Of a DNA stretch of 64,000 bases, positions 1 through 9,056 are shown in pieces. Made by a program: the position numbers and the translations under genes. The stretch's first letter is position 1, and every line of letters begins with the position of its first letter. The stretch is from an uncultured Eisenbergiella sp. (lineage in GTDB: Bacteria; Bacillota; Clostridia; Lachnospirales; Lachnospiraceae), in assembly GCA_902492555.1 (NCBI GenBank), contig CABUMH010000001.1, positions 40,960-104,959 of the forward strand. Reading direction: 5' to 3'. Below the pieces are notes generated by a model, which had not been told where the DNA came from, searched no databases, and was given only the letters and a program-made list of their open reading frames with translations.

Positions 1-380
1 ATAAAGCGGTGGAAGAACGACTGGACGAATTAAAAACCCTTCAGGAGGATGTGCCGACTTTAGAAGACCTTGGAGTGACAGAGGAAGACCTTTCAGAATA
101 TGCATTGAGTGTGGAAAATTCTATGAACCAGGTCGTGGAACAGGAATTACAGGAACAGTATGCTTCGGATAAGGTGATCTCTGCGGGGCTGTTGGAGTGG
201 GAAGAGATGCTGAAGGTGATTGGCGATTATCAGGATGCAACTTTCCAGAAGGTGGAAATGGATTGGAGAGGGGTACATATTTTGCTTAAGATAAACGGTA
301 GCAAAGGAGAGGGGACATTAGAACTCCTTTTGAATAAGGAGCTGTATCTCGAGGAAATAAATGCTAAAGCCAGTGAATAA
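1..380 (+). CDS. hypothetical acidic protein, probably 5'-partial (frame is open to the window edge)
   Basis: ORF 9..380 in frame with positions 3-8 and no upstream stop; Glu/Asp-rich; no recognisable motif; followed by a GAGGAGG RBS for the next gene. Confidence 0.4.
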   Translation, partial: KAVEERLDELKTLQEDVPTLEDLGVTEEDLSEYALSVENSMNQVVEQELQEQYASDKVISAGLLEWEEMLKVIGDYQDATFQKVEMDWRGVHILLKINGSKGEGTLELLLNKELYLEEINAKASE

Positions 381-411
381 CGGCCGACTGTGACGTAAGA
401 GGAGGAACGAG

Positions 412-2889
412 ATGTTTTGCAGGAACTGTGGAAAGGATATCAGCGGGGCAGGGAAATTTTGCCCCTATTGTGGACAGCCGATTAAAGGCGGCCAGCCCGA
501 TGCCGGGAACAGTCTGGCCGGCGATGGGAGCGGCCAGTCAAATGCCGGAGGCAGCCAGGCGGAACAGGGAGGCCATCGGCAAAACGTCGGGGAAAATCAG
601 TCCGACGCAGCGGAGAACAATGGTACAAAAGATGGTTCTCCTATGGATCAGTATCGCAAATATGAGCCGATTTTCGGAGCCTGGTACCTGAAACGTTTGA
701 TCGGAGAAGGCGGTTTTGGAAAGGTATTTGAGATTGAGCGCAGAGATTTCGGTCAGGTCTACCGTGCGGCCTTAAAGGTAATCACCATCCCGCAGGAGAA
801 GGGAGAAATTGACAATCTCCATTCAGAAGGGATGAGCAATGAGAATGTATCCGGGTATTATAAGAATTATGCGCAGGACATTATCAGCGAGTTCGCTCTG
901 CTTTCCAAGCTGAAGGGGAATAGCTATATTGTCAGCTACGAGGATCATACGGCCATTCCTCACGAAGATAATATTGGATGGGATATTTTGGCAAGGATGG
1001 AACTTCTCACGCCGTTAACCCAGTATATGGAACAGCATGCGCTGTCCCCCCAGGAAGTGGCGAAGATCGGTATCGATATCTGCCGGGCGCTGGAGGTCTG
1101 CGGAAAATATAATATCATACACAGAGATATTAAGCCGGAGAACATTTTCGTGTCCGAGTTGGGTACATTTAAACTGGGAGACTTTGGAATTGCCAGGCAG
1201 ATGGCCCGTTCTCAGAGCGTCCTTTCCAAGAAGGGCACGTTCATCTATATGGCTCCGGAGCTCTACAAAGAGGAAAAGAGCGACGCCACAGTGGACATTT
1301 ATTCCCTGGGCCTGGTGCTGTACCGGCTGTGCAATAAGAACCGCATGCCTTTCCTGCCGCCTTATCCGCAGATGATCACCTATCAGGATAGGGAAGAGTC
1401 CTTAAAGAAGCGGATTTCAGGAGAAAAAATGCCTGTTCCGGCGGATGCGGATAAGGAATTAAGTTCGATTATCCTGAAAGCGTGCAGCTATAAGGCGCAT
1501 GACAGATGGCAGACGCCTGCAGAACTCAGAGAAGCACTGGAGAACTATCTGGCGCTTTGCGCCGCCAGACAAAAAGGGCGCAAAGCTATAAGGGAACATA
1601 AGAAGCAGGTGAAGCTGGAAAGGAAGCAGAAGGGCGCAAAGAAGAGAAAAGCGATTGCGATTGCTGCGCTGGTGCTGCTTCTGCTGTGTGCGGGCTGTGT
1701 CGCAGCGGCGACGCTGTTGCTTCCAAGGGATAAGGAAGAAGGCTGGGGCTCAAAGGCCGTCGCGGCAGTGGATGAGACAGAAAGTCAGAAGATGACAGAA
1801 GAGACAGTGGAAACGGAGAGCCCTGCGGAGACGGAAAGCCAAACCGCAGCTGTGGAAACGAACACTGTGGGAACAGAGGCTAGCACAGAGACATCAACTG
1901 TTATGGAAGAGACGCAGACAGAGCCAGCCACAGAGGAAGAGACGGAAAAAGAAGTGGAACTTTCTTCCATGAAACTGGTGAATTCCAGTGACCGCTATAC
2001 CCTTGTGGAATCTGGAAGCTATATGGATAGTCTGGGAAACGAGTACTATTCGGGGAACCTTTTCTACCTGAGCACCTATGGAAACAGTTATTGGGGAGAG
2101 TATGGATTTTCGGAGAACCGGTGTGGGTTTGGAGAATATTATTTGGGAAGAGGCTATAAGACGCTGAAGGGCCTTTTGGCGGTTTCGGATGATACTTCCA
2201 ACGAAGATGTATCCGCGCGGTTGGAGATATATGGAGATAACCGGGTACTCGCTTATTATGACTTTAACAGGAAAACAAGGCCATTTGAGATTGAACTGGA
2301 TGTAAGTGAGGTGGATTATCTGGCATTTAATCTGGTATTCCGTACAGAGGAAGGAGAAGGGGATGTAGGGGTATTGATGCAGGATATGGTACTTACATCC
2401 AATCCGAATCCGCTGCCTGAAAAAGAAGAGATCGGAACAAAGATAGTGGATTTGAAAGCGACCAATAGTAATGACGGGTTTGTGCAGATTTCTTCTCATG
2501 CAAGGACGGATGTGCTCGGAAATGTATATTCTCCGGATAATCTGCTTGAGGTTAGCGTAAATGGAAATACTGCCTGGGGAAATAACGGATATGATGAAGA
2601 TAGAACTGCTTTTGCAGAGTATTGCATTGACTCTCAGTACACTACGCTGACAGGTGTACTGGCGCCTTCGGATAAGATAGATCCAGAAAATCCTGGCCTT
2701 CAGGGAATATTAGTTGTTTTGGGGGATGATAAAGTCCTGGGTTCCTTTCTTGTGAATTCCACAACGGGCGCTACCGAAGTGAATCTGGATGTATCAGGAG
2801 TAGAGTGGATCCGATTTGAGTTTCAATTTAATGCTGCGGATGCGGCAGGAGACGTCTATGCTTTAATGTCGGATTTTGTGTTTGAATAA
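412..2889 (+). CDS. Hanks-type Ser/Thr protein kinase with N-terminal zinc ribbon, one TM segment and two C-terminal NPCBM-like repeats
   Basis: CxxC...CxxC at N-terminus (CRNCGK...CPYCG); kinase motifs GEGGFGKV, HRDIKPENI, DFG, APE; hydrophobic stretch IAIAALVLLLLCAGCV; two about 170-aa repeats (…WGEYGF…YYLGRGYKTLKGLLAVSDD…IYGDNRVL / …WGNNGYDE…YTTLTGVLAPSDK…VLGDDKVLG) resembling NPCBM/GH98-associated carbohydrate-binding modules; GAGGAGG RBS upstream. Confidence 0.85.
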   Translation: MFCRNCGKDISGAGKFCPYCGQPIKGGQPDAGNSLAGDGSGQSNAGGSQAEQGGHRQNVGENQSDAAENNGTKDGSPMDQYRKYEPIFGAWYLKRLIGEGGFGKVFEIERRDFGQVYRAALKVITIPQEKGEIDNLHSEGMSNENVSGYYKNYAQDIISEFALLSKLKGNSYIVSYEDHTAIPHEDNIGWDILARMELLTPLTQYMEQHALSPQEVAKIGIDICRALEVCGKYNIIHRDIKPENIFVSELGTFKLGDFGIARQMARSQSVLSKKGTFIYMAPELYKEEKSDATVDIYSLGLVLYRLCNKNRMPFLPPYPQMITYQDREESLKKRISGEKMPVPADADKELSSIILKACSYKAHDRWQTPAELREALENYLALCAARQKGRKAIREHKKQVKLERKQKGAKKRKAIAIAALVLLLLCAGCVAAATLLLPRDKEEGWGSKAVAAVDETESQKMTEETVETESPAETESQTAAVETNTVGTEASTETSTVMEETQTEPATEEETEKEVELSSMKLVNSSDRYTLVESGSYMDSLGNEYYSGNLFYLSTYGNSYWGEYGFSENRCGFGEYYLGRGYKTLKGLLAVSDDTSNEDVSARLEIYGDNRVLAYYDFNRKTRPFEIELDVSEVDYLAFNLVFRTEEGEGDVGVLMQDMVLTSNPNPLPEKEEIGTKIVDLKATNSNDGFVQISSHARTDVLGNVYSPDNLLEVSVNGNTAWGNNGYDEDRTAFAEYCIDSQYTTLTGVLAPSDKIDPENPGLQGILVVLGDDKVLGSFLVNSTTGATEVNLDVSGVEWIRFEFQFNAADAAGDVYALMSDFVFE

Positions 2890-2979
2890 GAAGAATGGAA
2901 TGGCCTGCTTCTAAATATCAGGGATATATTGTATTACGGAAATACTGTCATGATCAGATGAGGATAGAGGAGAAAGAAA

Positions 2980-4365
2980 ATGTTTTGTTCAAAATGTGGC
3001 AAGCCCATTCCTGACACGGCCAGGTTCTGCCCTTTCTGCGGAAGTATCTGCGGTGGGGGAACCATGGAAAATAAAATGGAAGGAGGATATGGAAATAAAG
3101 GTATTTCCGGCGGTGAGCCTGTTTCTTCCGGAGGAGAGGGGAAGGTGCGCCCTAAAGGACGAAGGAGGTTGTTAGGGCCGGTTCTCGCGGCGTCTTTTTC
3201 GCTCTTGGTCATAGCGGTTTTGGTTTTGTTTGGCGCGACTAGGCTGGTGGCGAACAGGCGGTATACGGAGCAGCTTTCCTTGGGGGAGAGGTATGAACAA
3301 GAGCTGGACTATGAAGCCGCCATGGCTGCTTATGAGGAGGCGATCCGGATTGACCCGAAGAGAGAGGATGCCTATTTGGCATTAGCAAGGCTGAATTTAG
3401 AGATGGGCGAATTTGATGCTGTGCAGGATGTATTAGCGGAAGCGCTGGAGCGAGCGGGAAATTCCGCAGAGGAAGAGGCAAACCGTCTGCTTCGGGAAGC
3501 AGAGGAAAGGGCGGAAGAAGCGGCGCAGGCAGAAGAAGTGGGGAGAGCGGAGGCTGATCAGATAGAAGAGGGAGATAATGGCGTGGCTGCCTCGGAGGAA
3601 CAGGAGGCCGTTTCATCCGGTTTTCCGGGCGAAGATGTGCCTTTCCCAGAGGCTGGAATGGAGGGAGAGACTGGACATATCGGGCCATATACCTTTTATC
3701 TTACTTCCTATGATTGGGATTGGTCGCTGGAAGGATATGGACAGTTTTTTGCGGTCGATCTGGAGTATCCGGTCTTTGAAGGGGATACGGAGGCGGAACG
3801 CGGGCTGAATGCGTATTATGAGACATGGCTGAATACCAAAAGGCTGGAATATGAAGAAGATGAATATTCTACGCCTAATCAGATCCTGAGTGATATCGAT
3901 GAAGGCTATGTATGGGAAGAAACCAGCGGCAGTGAGGATTATCAGGTGGAAAGTATGGCGATGACAAACGAGGTTTTCTCTGTTCTCAGGAGCAGCTATC
4001 TGTACTATCCGGGTGCGGCTCATGGCATGCCATTCAGGGAGACGGTTTATATCGACAGGCGGACAGGGGAGACGCTGGAACTGGAAGAATTTATCTCCAT
4101 TAGCAAAGAGGAACTGGATGAAAGGGTGAGGGATGCCTTTCGGGAAGTAGCGGCCCAGGAGCCGGAGGAATTTTCCTGGTCAATGGAATTCTTGGAGGAG
4201 ATCAGCGATTTTGCCGATTATAGCTATCTGGGAGAAGACGGCGTGATATTTTACAGGCCGCCTTATGAACTGGCCTCCTATGCCAGAGGCTTTGTAGAAA
4301 TTACGATTCCTTATGAAGACCTGGGGATGGGGGAAGTCGTGTATCTGGAAATTGAAACGCCATAG
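2980..4365 (+). CDS. zinc-ribbon membrane protein with TPR-like segment and C-terminal DUF4163/DUF3298 (RsiV-like) domain
   Basis: N-terminus MFCSKCGKPI…RFCPFCGS paralogous to the kinase N-terminus; TM LLGPVLAASFSLLVIAVLVLF; acidic coiled region; C-terminal PGAAHGM…RRTGETLELEEF pattern typical of DUF3298. Confidence 0.65.
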   Translation: MFCSKCGKPIPDTARFCPFCGSICGGGTMENKMEGGYGNKGISGGEPVSSGGEGKVRPKGRRRLLGPVLAASFSLLVIAVLVLFGATRLVANRRYTEQLSLGERYEQELDYEAAMAAYEEAIRIDPKREDAYLALARLNLEMGEFDAVQDVLAEALERAGNSAEEEANRLLREAEERAEEAAQAEEVGRAEADQIEEGDNGVAASEEQEAVSSGFPGEDVPFPEAGMEGETGHIGPYTFYLTSYDWDWSLEGYGQFFAVDLEYPVFEGDTEAERGLNAYYETWLNTKRLEYEEDEYSTPNQILSDIDEGYVWEETSGSEDYQVESMAMTNEVFSVLRSSYLYYPGAAHGMPFRETVYIDRRTGETLELEEFISISKEELDERVRDAFREVAAQEPEEFSWSMEFLEEISDFADYSYLGEDGVIFYRPPYELASYARGFVEITIPYEDLGMGEVVYLEIETP

Positions 4366-4492
4366 AGAATGGGATGCAAAAGAGAAAAGCGTATGTTTAT
4401 ATAATAAATAAAGGGATGGGGCATGATTTATACAAATCATCGCTCCATCCCTGTGCAGGACGGTCTGTCCGTTGACAGCGCCATACTGTTAA

Positions 4493-4560
4493 CGGAGATG
4501 GTGGGAGTCGAACCCACGCGCCCTTGCGGACCTATCGCATTTCGAGTCAAGTCGTTTTTA
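4493..4560 (-). other. tRNA 3'-half-like fragment (T-arm GTGGG-TTCGACT-CCCAC + acceptor 3' strand CATCTCC + discriminator G), putative att-site remnant
   Basis: minus-strand reading gives GCGCGTGGGTTCGACTCCCACCATCTCCG; no complementary 5' acceptor strand (GGAGATG) within 70-90 nt upstream, so not an intact tRNA. Confidence 0.4.
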
Positions 4561-4790
4561 GAGAATTTGTCGGAAGTTAAAAGAAGATAAAAAAAGATAG
4601 TGGAACGGAAAAAAATCCTCATAAACACTGGGTTTTTTTCCGTTTTTTTGATTTTTTCCTGAACCCATGGGCCTTTTCGGAAATTTGTATTTTTTTTACT
4701 TGATTTTCATTTTGGGAAGAATTGACACTGTGTCAGGAAAGAACTCGCCACCTGCCAATGACAAAAAAACAGAGAATGCGAGGGAAGAAT

Positions 4791-5303
4791 ATGAATTTAA
4801 AGAAATGTTATTTCTCGATTTCGTCAAAATATCCTGATTATGTAACTCAAAAGCAGTTAAGCGAAATTTGCGGGATTTGTTTAAAGACTGCTCACACGTG
4901 GGAACACAGCGGGAAGATTCCTTATCAGATTATATACGATGGATCAATCCGGCAGCATGCAATACGGCTGACAGATATTCTTTCTTACTTATACACGGAA
5001 GGGCTTCGTGAACCGGATCATCTGTCTGCGGATGCATTACGCACCTTTTATGAAAAAGAATTTTCTTATTTGCCGGATCTGCTTCTCCCGCAGGACATTT
5101 GTGAGATAACCGGATTTTCTGACAATACAGTCTGGAGATGGATTGGATCCGGAAAACTGAAAGTTCTTCATTCAGGCAGAAAATTTGTTATTCCAAAGGA
5201 ATTTTTTCTGAATTTTCTGATTTCTCCTACCTTTCGTAATATTCGTCAAAAAACGGAGATTCAGAAAGCCCTGATGAAAAAATTCATTGAATCTTCTATG
5301 TGA
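4791..5303 (+). CDS. double helix-turn-helix (excisionase/MerR-like) DNA-binding protein
   Basis: two HTH-like segments (…ICGICLKTAHTWEHSGKIPY… and …ICEITGFSDNTVWRWIGSGKLKV…); start chosen at ATG with GAGGGA RBS (ORF opens at 4722). Confidence 0.6.
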   Translation: MNLKKCYFSISSKYPDYVTQKQLSEICGICLKTAHTWEHSGKIPYQIIYDGSIRQHAIRLTDILSYLYTEGLREPDHLSADALRTFYEKEFSYLPDLLLPQDICEITGFSDNTVWRWIGSGKLKVLHSGRKFVIPKEFFLNFLISPTFRNIRQKTEIQKALMKKFIESSM

Positions 5304-5323
5304 TTCGAGAAAGAAGGAATATT

Positions 5324-5950
5324 ATGGACGATCCTAAAATGTATAAAAAACTACTGAAACAATATCCGGAGGTTGTTTCCAAAGAGCAATTCCGGATCAT
5401 GTGCCATATCAGTAAGCGCACCGCTTGCTATCTGCTGCAGTCCGGACTTGTCCCCTGCATACAGACCGGCAAGAAAAGCTGCAGCTATAAAATTCGTATG
5501 AAAGATATCATACATTATATGAAGCTTAGAGAAAGATATCCCGGAAGGTATAAGCCCCCAAAAGGATATTATATGGATACCTCCAGCACCAGCCATTGGC
5601 TTGCCATGCAAAACAGGGAATTGCCTCCTGGTGTAACAACAGCGAAATTGAAGAAATATTATTCAGAAAAAATTAAAGCCTACCCTGATCTGCTAAACGT
5701 TCGTCAGGTATCTGAGATAGCCGGGTATTGCACATCGGTCGTCCTAAAATGGATACACAGCCGTGAACTGCCTGCTCTCCCAGTAGGGAACTCCCATTTG
5801 GTACCAAAACATATTCTGATCGAATACATGGCAGGCGAGGCTTACAGAAACCGGATACCGAAGTCAAAAAAACAGTATGAAGACATAGGAGGATATTGGG
5901 TATGGGAACAGGAAAAATCATCATCGTTGCAAACCAAAAAGGAGGCGTAG
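5324..5950 (+). CDS. double HTH DNA-binding protein, paralog of the preceding gene
   Basis: same two-HTH layout (…ISKRTACYLLQSGLVPC… / …VSEIAGYCTSVVLKWIHSRELP…); AAGGAA RBS; ORF opens at 5300. Confidence 0.6.
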   Translation: MDDPKMYKKLLKQYPEVVSKEQFRIMCHISKRTACYLLQSGLVPCIQTGKKSCSYKIRMKDIIHYMKLRERYPGRYKPPKGYYMDTSSTSHWLAMQNRELPPGVTTAKLKKYYSEKIKAYPDLLNVRQVSEIAGYCTSVVLKWIHSRELPALPVGNSHLVPKHILIEYMAGEAYRNRIPKSKKQYEDIGGYWVWEQEKSSSLQTKKEA

Positions 5951-6684
5951 CCAAAACAAGCACCGTCAGGAACCTTGCTTTTTCTCTGGCCGAAATGGGG
6001 AAAAGAGTGTTGGCTGTAGATTTTGATCCACAGTATAATCTGACTACCAGTTTTGGCGTATTGCAAAATCAGATTGAACATAACACCGGCCATTTAATCA
6101 TGAAAATGCTCCTAGAAGAAAATCTGCCCGAGAAAGAAAACTACATCCAAAGGATCGGATCCATTGATCTGCTTCCTTCCGGTCGTAATCTTACGGTCGC
6201 TGAGGTTAACCTGCTAATGACCCCAGACAGTGACAACTGTCTGTCAGAGCTCCTTGCTCCTCTTCAGCAATATTACGATTACATTATTGTTGACACCAAT
6301 CCGGCGCTTGGAGCCCTGACCATTAATGCACTTGCCGCTGGTAATGAGGTCATCATTCCAGTGGATCCAGAATTATTCGCTCTTACCGGACTGCAGGCAT
6401 TATTAGATACGATTCGCAAAATCAAAAGAAAATTAAATCCTGAAATCAGGATTACCGGAGTTCTTTTCACCAAATGCAATAAACGTACAACTCTATATCA
6501 ACGGACTTACAGGCAGGTAACAGAAAGCTTTCAGTCATTACCCATCTTTCATTGCCAGATTCCCCATACCATCAAAGTAGGGGATGCGAACAGCTATGGA
6601 ATGAGTGTAATGGAACTGGACAAGTCCAATCCAGCAGCTTTAGCGTATCAGGAACTGGCAAAGGAGGTTTTACAAAATGGGTAA
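5902..6684 (+). CDS. parA: ParA/Soj-family partition ATPase
   Basis: deviant Walker A KGGVAKTST; ParA-like length; AGGAGG RBS 8 nt upstream of ATG 5902 (ORF opens with TTG at 5896). Confidence 0.85.
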   Translation: MGTGKIIIVANQKGGVAKTSTVRNLAFSLAEMGKRVLAVDFDPQYNLTTSFGVLQNQIEHNTGHLIMKMLLEENLPEKENYIQRIGSIDLLPSGRNLTVAEVNLLMTPDSDNCLSELLAPLQQYYDYIIVDTNPALGALTINALAAGNEVIIPVDPELFALTGLQALLDTIRKIKRKLNPEIRITGVLFTKCNKRTTLYQRTYRQVTESFQSLPIFHCQIPHTIKVGDANSYGMSVMELDKSNPAALAYQELAKEVLQNG

Positions 6685-7696
6685 AAAGACAATGCGAATC
6701 CAGTCTTTAGATGAACTGCTTGGATTGGAGCCGGAAGAAATTTCTCCCCCCTTTTCCAATATTCCGCAAAGCAGCATCACCTTTCTTCCCCCTCAGGCGA
6801 TCCGCTCGTTTCGGGAACATCCTTTCCATTTATACGAAGGGAAACGCCTGAAAGATCTGACAGAGAGTATTATGGAGAACGGCATTCTCAATCCGGTAAT
6901 TGTCAGAAAAATAGAACCTGATGAAGGAGGATATGAATATGAAATGTTGGCCGGTCATAATCGTCAGCATGGCGCTATTATTGCCGGCCTGGAAACAATT
7001 CCATGCATTGTGAAAGAAAATATTTCGGACAGGGATGCGTGGGTATATGTCATTGAAACGAATGTGATCCAGCGATCCTTTACAGAATTATTTCCTTCCG
7101 AAAAAGCAGCCATACTCTTCCTTCGGTATTCAAAAGTTATCTCACAAGGAAAACGAAACGACATTATTCGGGAGATACAGGCTCTGGAGGAATCTCCGGA
7201 ATTGCTGGAAGATGAGACATGTGGAAATCATTTCCACATGTCCAGGAACCGGGATAACATTGGAAAGGAATATGATCTGAGCGGACGTATGGTGGCTAAT
7301 TATCTGCGTATCCATGATTTAATTCCAGGCCTGAAGCTTCGTATCGACAATGGTGAATTTTCGCTTATATCCGGCGTTTCTCTTTCCTTTTTACAGGAAA
7401 CGGAACAGAACCTTGTTGATCAGGCATTAAACATCCTGGAGTGCCGGCTCGATAATAAAAAGGCATCTGCTCTGAGGAATGCCTCCGGAAATTTGACAGT
7501 TGATTCAGTCAAAAGCATACTTGTCGGAGAGACAAATGCCTCAAAGCAGCATTCAAGTTTGGCCGCGCCAAAGATAAAGCCATCCATATATAAAAAATAT
7601 TTTTCCCCAGACATCAGTCCTGCCGAGTTTAACGATATCGTGGATGAAGCGTTGGCTCTCTACTTTTCGCAAAAAGGCGCGATTGAGAAAAGCTGA
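6677..7696 (+). CDS. ParB-like nuclease domain protein (partition/accessory)
   Basis: ParB/Srx-like N-terminus (ILNPVIVRK…YEMLAGHNRQHGA); overlaps parA stop by 8 nt (operon). Confidence 0.7.
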   Translation: MGKKTMRIQSLDELLGLEPEEISPPFSNIPQSSITFLPPQAIRSFREHPFHLYEGKRLKDLTESIMENGILNPVIVRKIEPDEGGYEYEMLAGHNRQHGAIIAGLETIPCIVKENISDRDAWVYVIETNVIQRSFTELFPSEKAAILFLRYSKVISQGKRNDIIREIQALEESPELLEDETCGNHFHMSRNRDNIGKEYDLSGRMVANYLRIHDLIPGLKLRIDNGEFSLISGVSLSFLQETEQNLVDQALNILECRLDNKKASALRNASGNLTVDSVKSILVGETNASKQHSSLAAPKIKPSIYKKYFSPDISPAEFNDIVDEALALYFSQKGAIEKS

Positions 7697-7732
7697 TGCC
7701 AGTTTTATATGAAGGTATAAGAGGAACAACAG

Positions 7733-8956
7733 ATGAATGAAATGCAGTTTCAATATTTTTATGGCTCCCAGGCTGAACAGTTCAGTTTCTACAGGCTTCC
7801 CAAAGCTCTGATAATTGACCCCAAATTCAGCGGAATATCAAGTGATGCCAAAATTCTATACGGCGTCATGCTGGACAGGATGTCTTTATCCATTAAAAAT
7901 CATTGGGTGGATTTAAAAAACAGAGTCTATATTATATTTACATTGGAAGACGTAATGGAAACCTTTGCCTGCAGCGAAAGAAAGGCGAGCCGACTCATGA
8001 ATGAACTGGATTCCAGAACCGGTATCGGTCTGCTTGAAAAAAAGCGCCAGGGACTTGGGAAGCCCAATATCATTTATCTGAAAAACTTTATTTCCGAACC
8101 GGGCGCAACTGGTGCTTCAGTTGATACTGAATCTGATACGGAAGATCTGCAGGTCCAGAGTGGTCGGATTGTACAACTCCAGAGTTGCCAAAATTGGCAA
8201 CTCTGCGAAACTGAAGTGCCGGAGGGAAATCCCGAATCTTCCACGAGCCTTCCTCAAACTCCGGATGAACAGCCGCCTGATCCTCAAATTGATTCAAAAA
8301 ATCAGGTCTCCACATTCTATTCCGATACCCAGGCTTCTTCCCAGAGTGGCCAAATATGGCAACTCAAGACCTGCACGGATAAAGACGGTTTTGCTGCAAA
8401 AGAGTCTGGTTCGACTGAATCGTCCTGCCCCGTCCCCCAGACCTGTCAAATTTGGCAGGTCAAGAGTTGCCAAAACGGTCCGATCCAGAGTTGCCAAAAT
8501 TTACCACCTAATAAGACTGATAATAATTATACTGACACAAGCAAGACTGATTTTGTCTATCCATCTATCTATCCATCATCCGCCAGTCTTACTATGTCTG
8601 AATATACCCAGCTTATCAGGAAGCATGTCGAATACGACCTTTTAAAGCAGGAATACAGATATCCGGAAATTGCTTATCTGGATGAATTGATTGAGCTTAT
8701 GGCAGAAACTCTCTGCATTGTCAAAGGCCCCGTTAAAATCGGGAATAGAACATACTCGCCAGAGATCATTCAGGAACGGCTTTTGTGCTTGGACGCATCA
8801 CATTTCCGATATGTCATGGACAGTCTGCATAAAAACAGAACCAGCGTTCGGAATATTAAAGCCTATCTGCTCGCAGTACTTTTAAATGCGCCATTGACAA
8901 TAGACAACGCATATCGATCACAGGCAAATCACGATTTATATGCTGCAGACGAATAA
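7733..8956 (+). CDS. replication initiator protein (RepA_N-like N-terminus, repeat-containing linker, conserved C-terminal domain)
   Basis: N-terminus YRLPKALI…AKILYGVMLDRMSLS…VYIIFTLEDVME typical of RepA_N initiators of Firmicutes plasmids/CTns; internal QIWQ(L/V)K(T/S)C peptide repeats. Confidence 0.7.
   Translation: MNEMQFQYFYGSQAEQFSFYRLPKALIIDPKFSGISSDAKILYGVMLDRMSLSIKNHWVDLKNRVYIIFTLEDVMETFACSERKASRLMNELDSRTGIGLLEKKRQGLGKPNIIYLKNFISEPGATGASVDTESDTEDLQVQSGRIVQLQSCQNWQLCETEVPEGNPESSTSLPQTPDEQPPDPQIDSKNQVSTFYSDTQASSQSGQIWQLKTCTDKDGFAAKESGSTESSCPVPQTCQIWQVKSCQNGPIQSCQNLPPNKTDNNYTDTSKTDFVYPSIYPSSASLTMSEYTQLIRKHVEYDLLKQEYRYPEIAYLDELIELMAETLCIVKGPVKIGNRTYSPEIIQERLLCLDASHFRYVMDSLHKNRTSVRNIKAYLLAVLLNAPLTIDNAYRSQANHDLYAADE
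8154..8506. repeat. iteron-like degenerate direct repeats with internal dyad symmetry, inside the rep coding sequence
   Basis: CCAGAGTTGCCAAAATTGGCAACTC and variants (CCAGAGTGGCCAAATATGGCAACTC; CCTGTCAAATTTGGCAGGTCAAGAGTTGCCAAAAC; CCAGAGTTGCCAAAATTT) at about 8183, 8341, 8445, 8465, 8488; core TTGCCAA-AA-TTGGCAA is an inverted repeat. Confidence 0.6.
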
Positions 8957-9056
8957 TTTGAATATTCTGGCGCTACAGTACCCTGATTCCGGAAAACTGA
9001 GTACCGACGTTCCGGACGTGGATACCGGTATTGATTGGCTTGTCTACCTTGCTCGG

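Noticed and set aside
428-2499. Several internal or antisense ORFs inside the kinase gene (428..691, 1037..1375, 1894..2499 minus, etc.)
   Set aside because: Fully embedded in a CDS with clear kinase motifs; compositionally driven, with no RBS or motifs.
4493-4580. Attempt to call an intact tRNA (Ser-like) from the T-arm/acceptor fragment
   Set aside because: No complementary 5' acceptor strand (GGAGATG) at class I or class II spacing and no convincing anticodon stem, so it is a fragment.
8112-8645. 177-aa plus-strand ORF full of RVAK(I/Y)GNS repeats
   Set aside because: It is the +1 frame of the iteron-like DNA repeats inside the rep gene; it overlaps a well-supported CDS entirely and its repeats mirror the DNA repeats.
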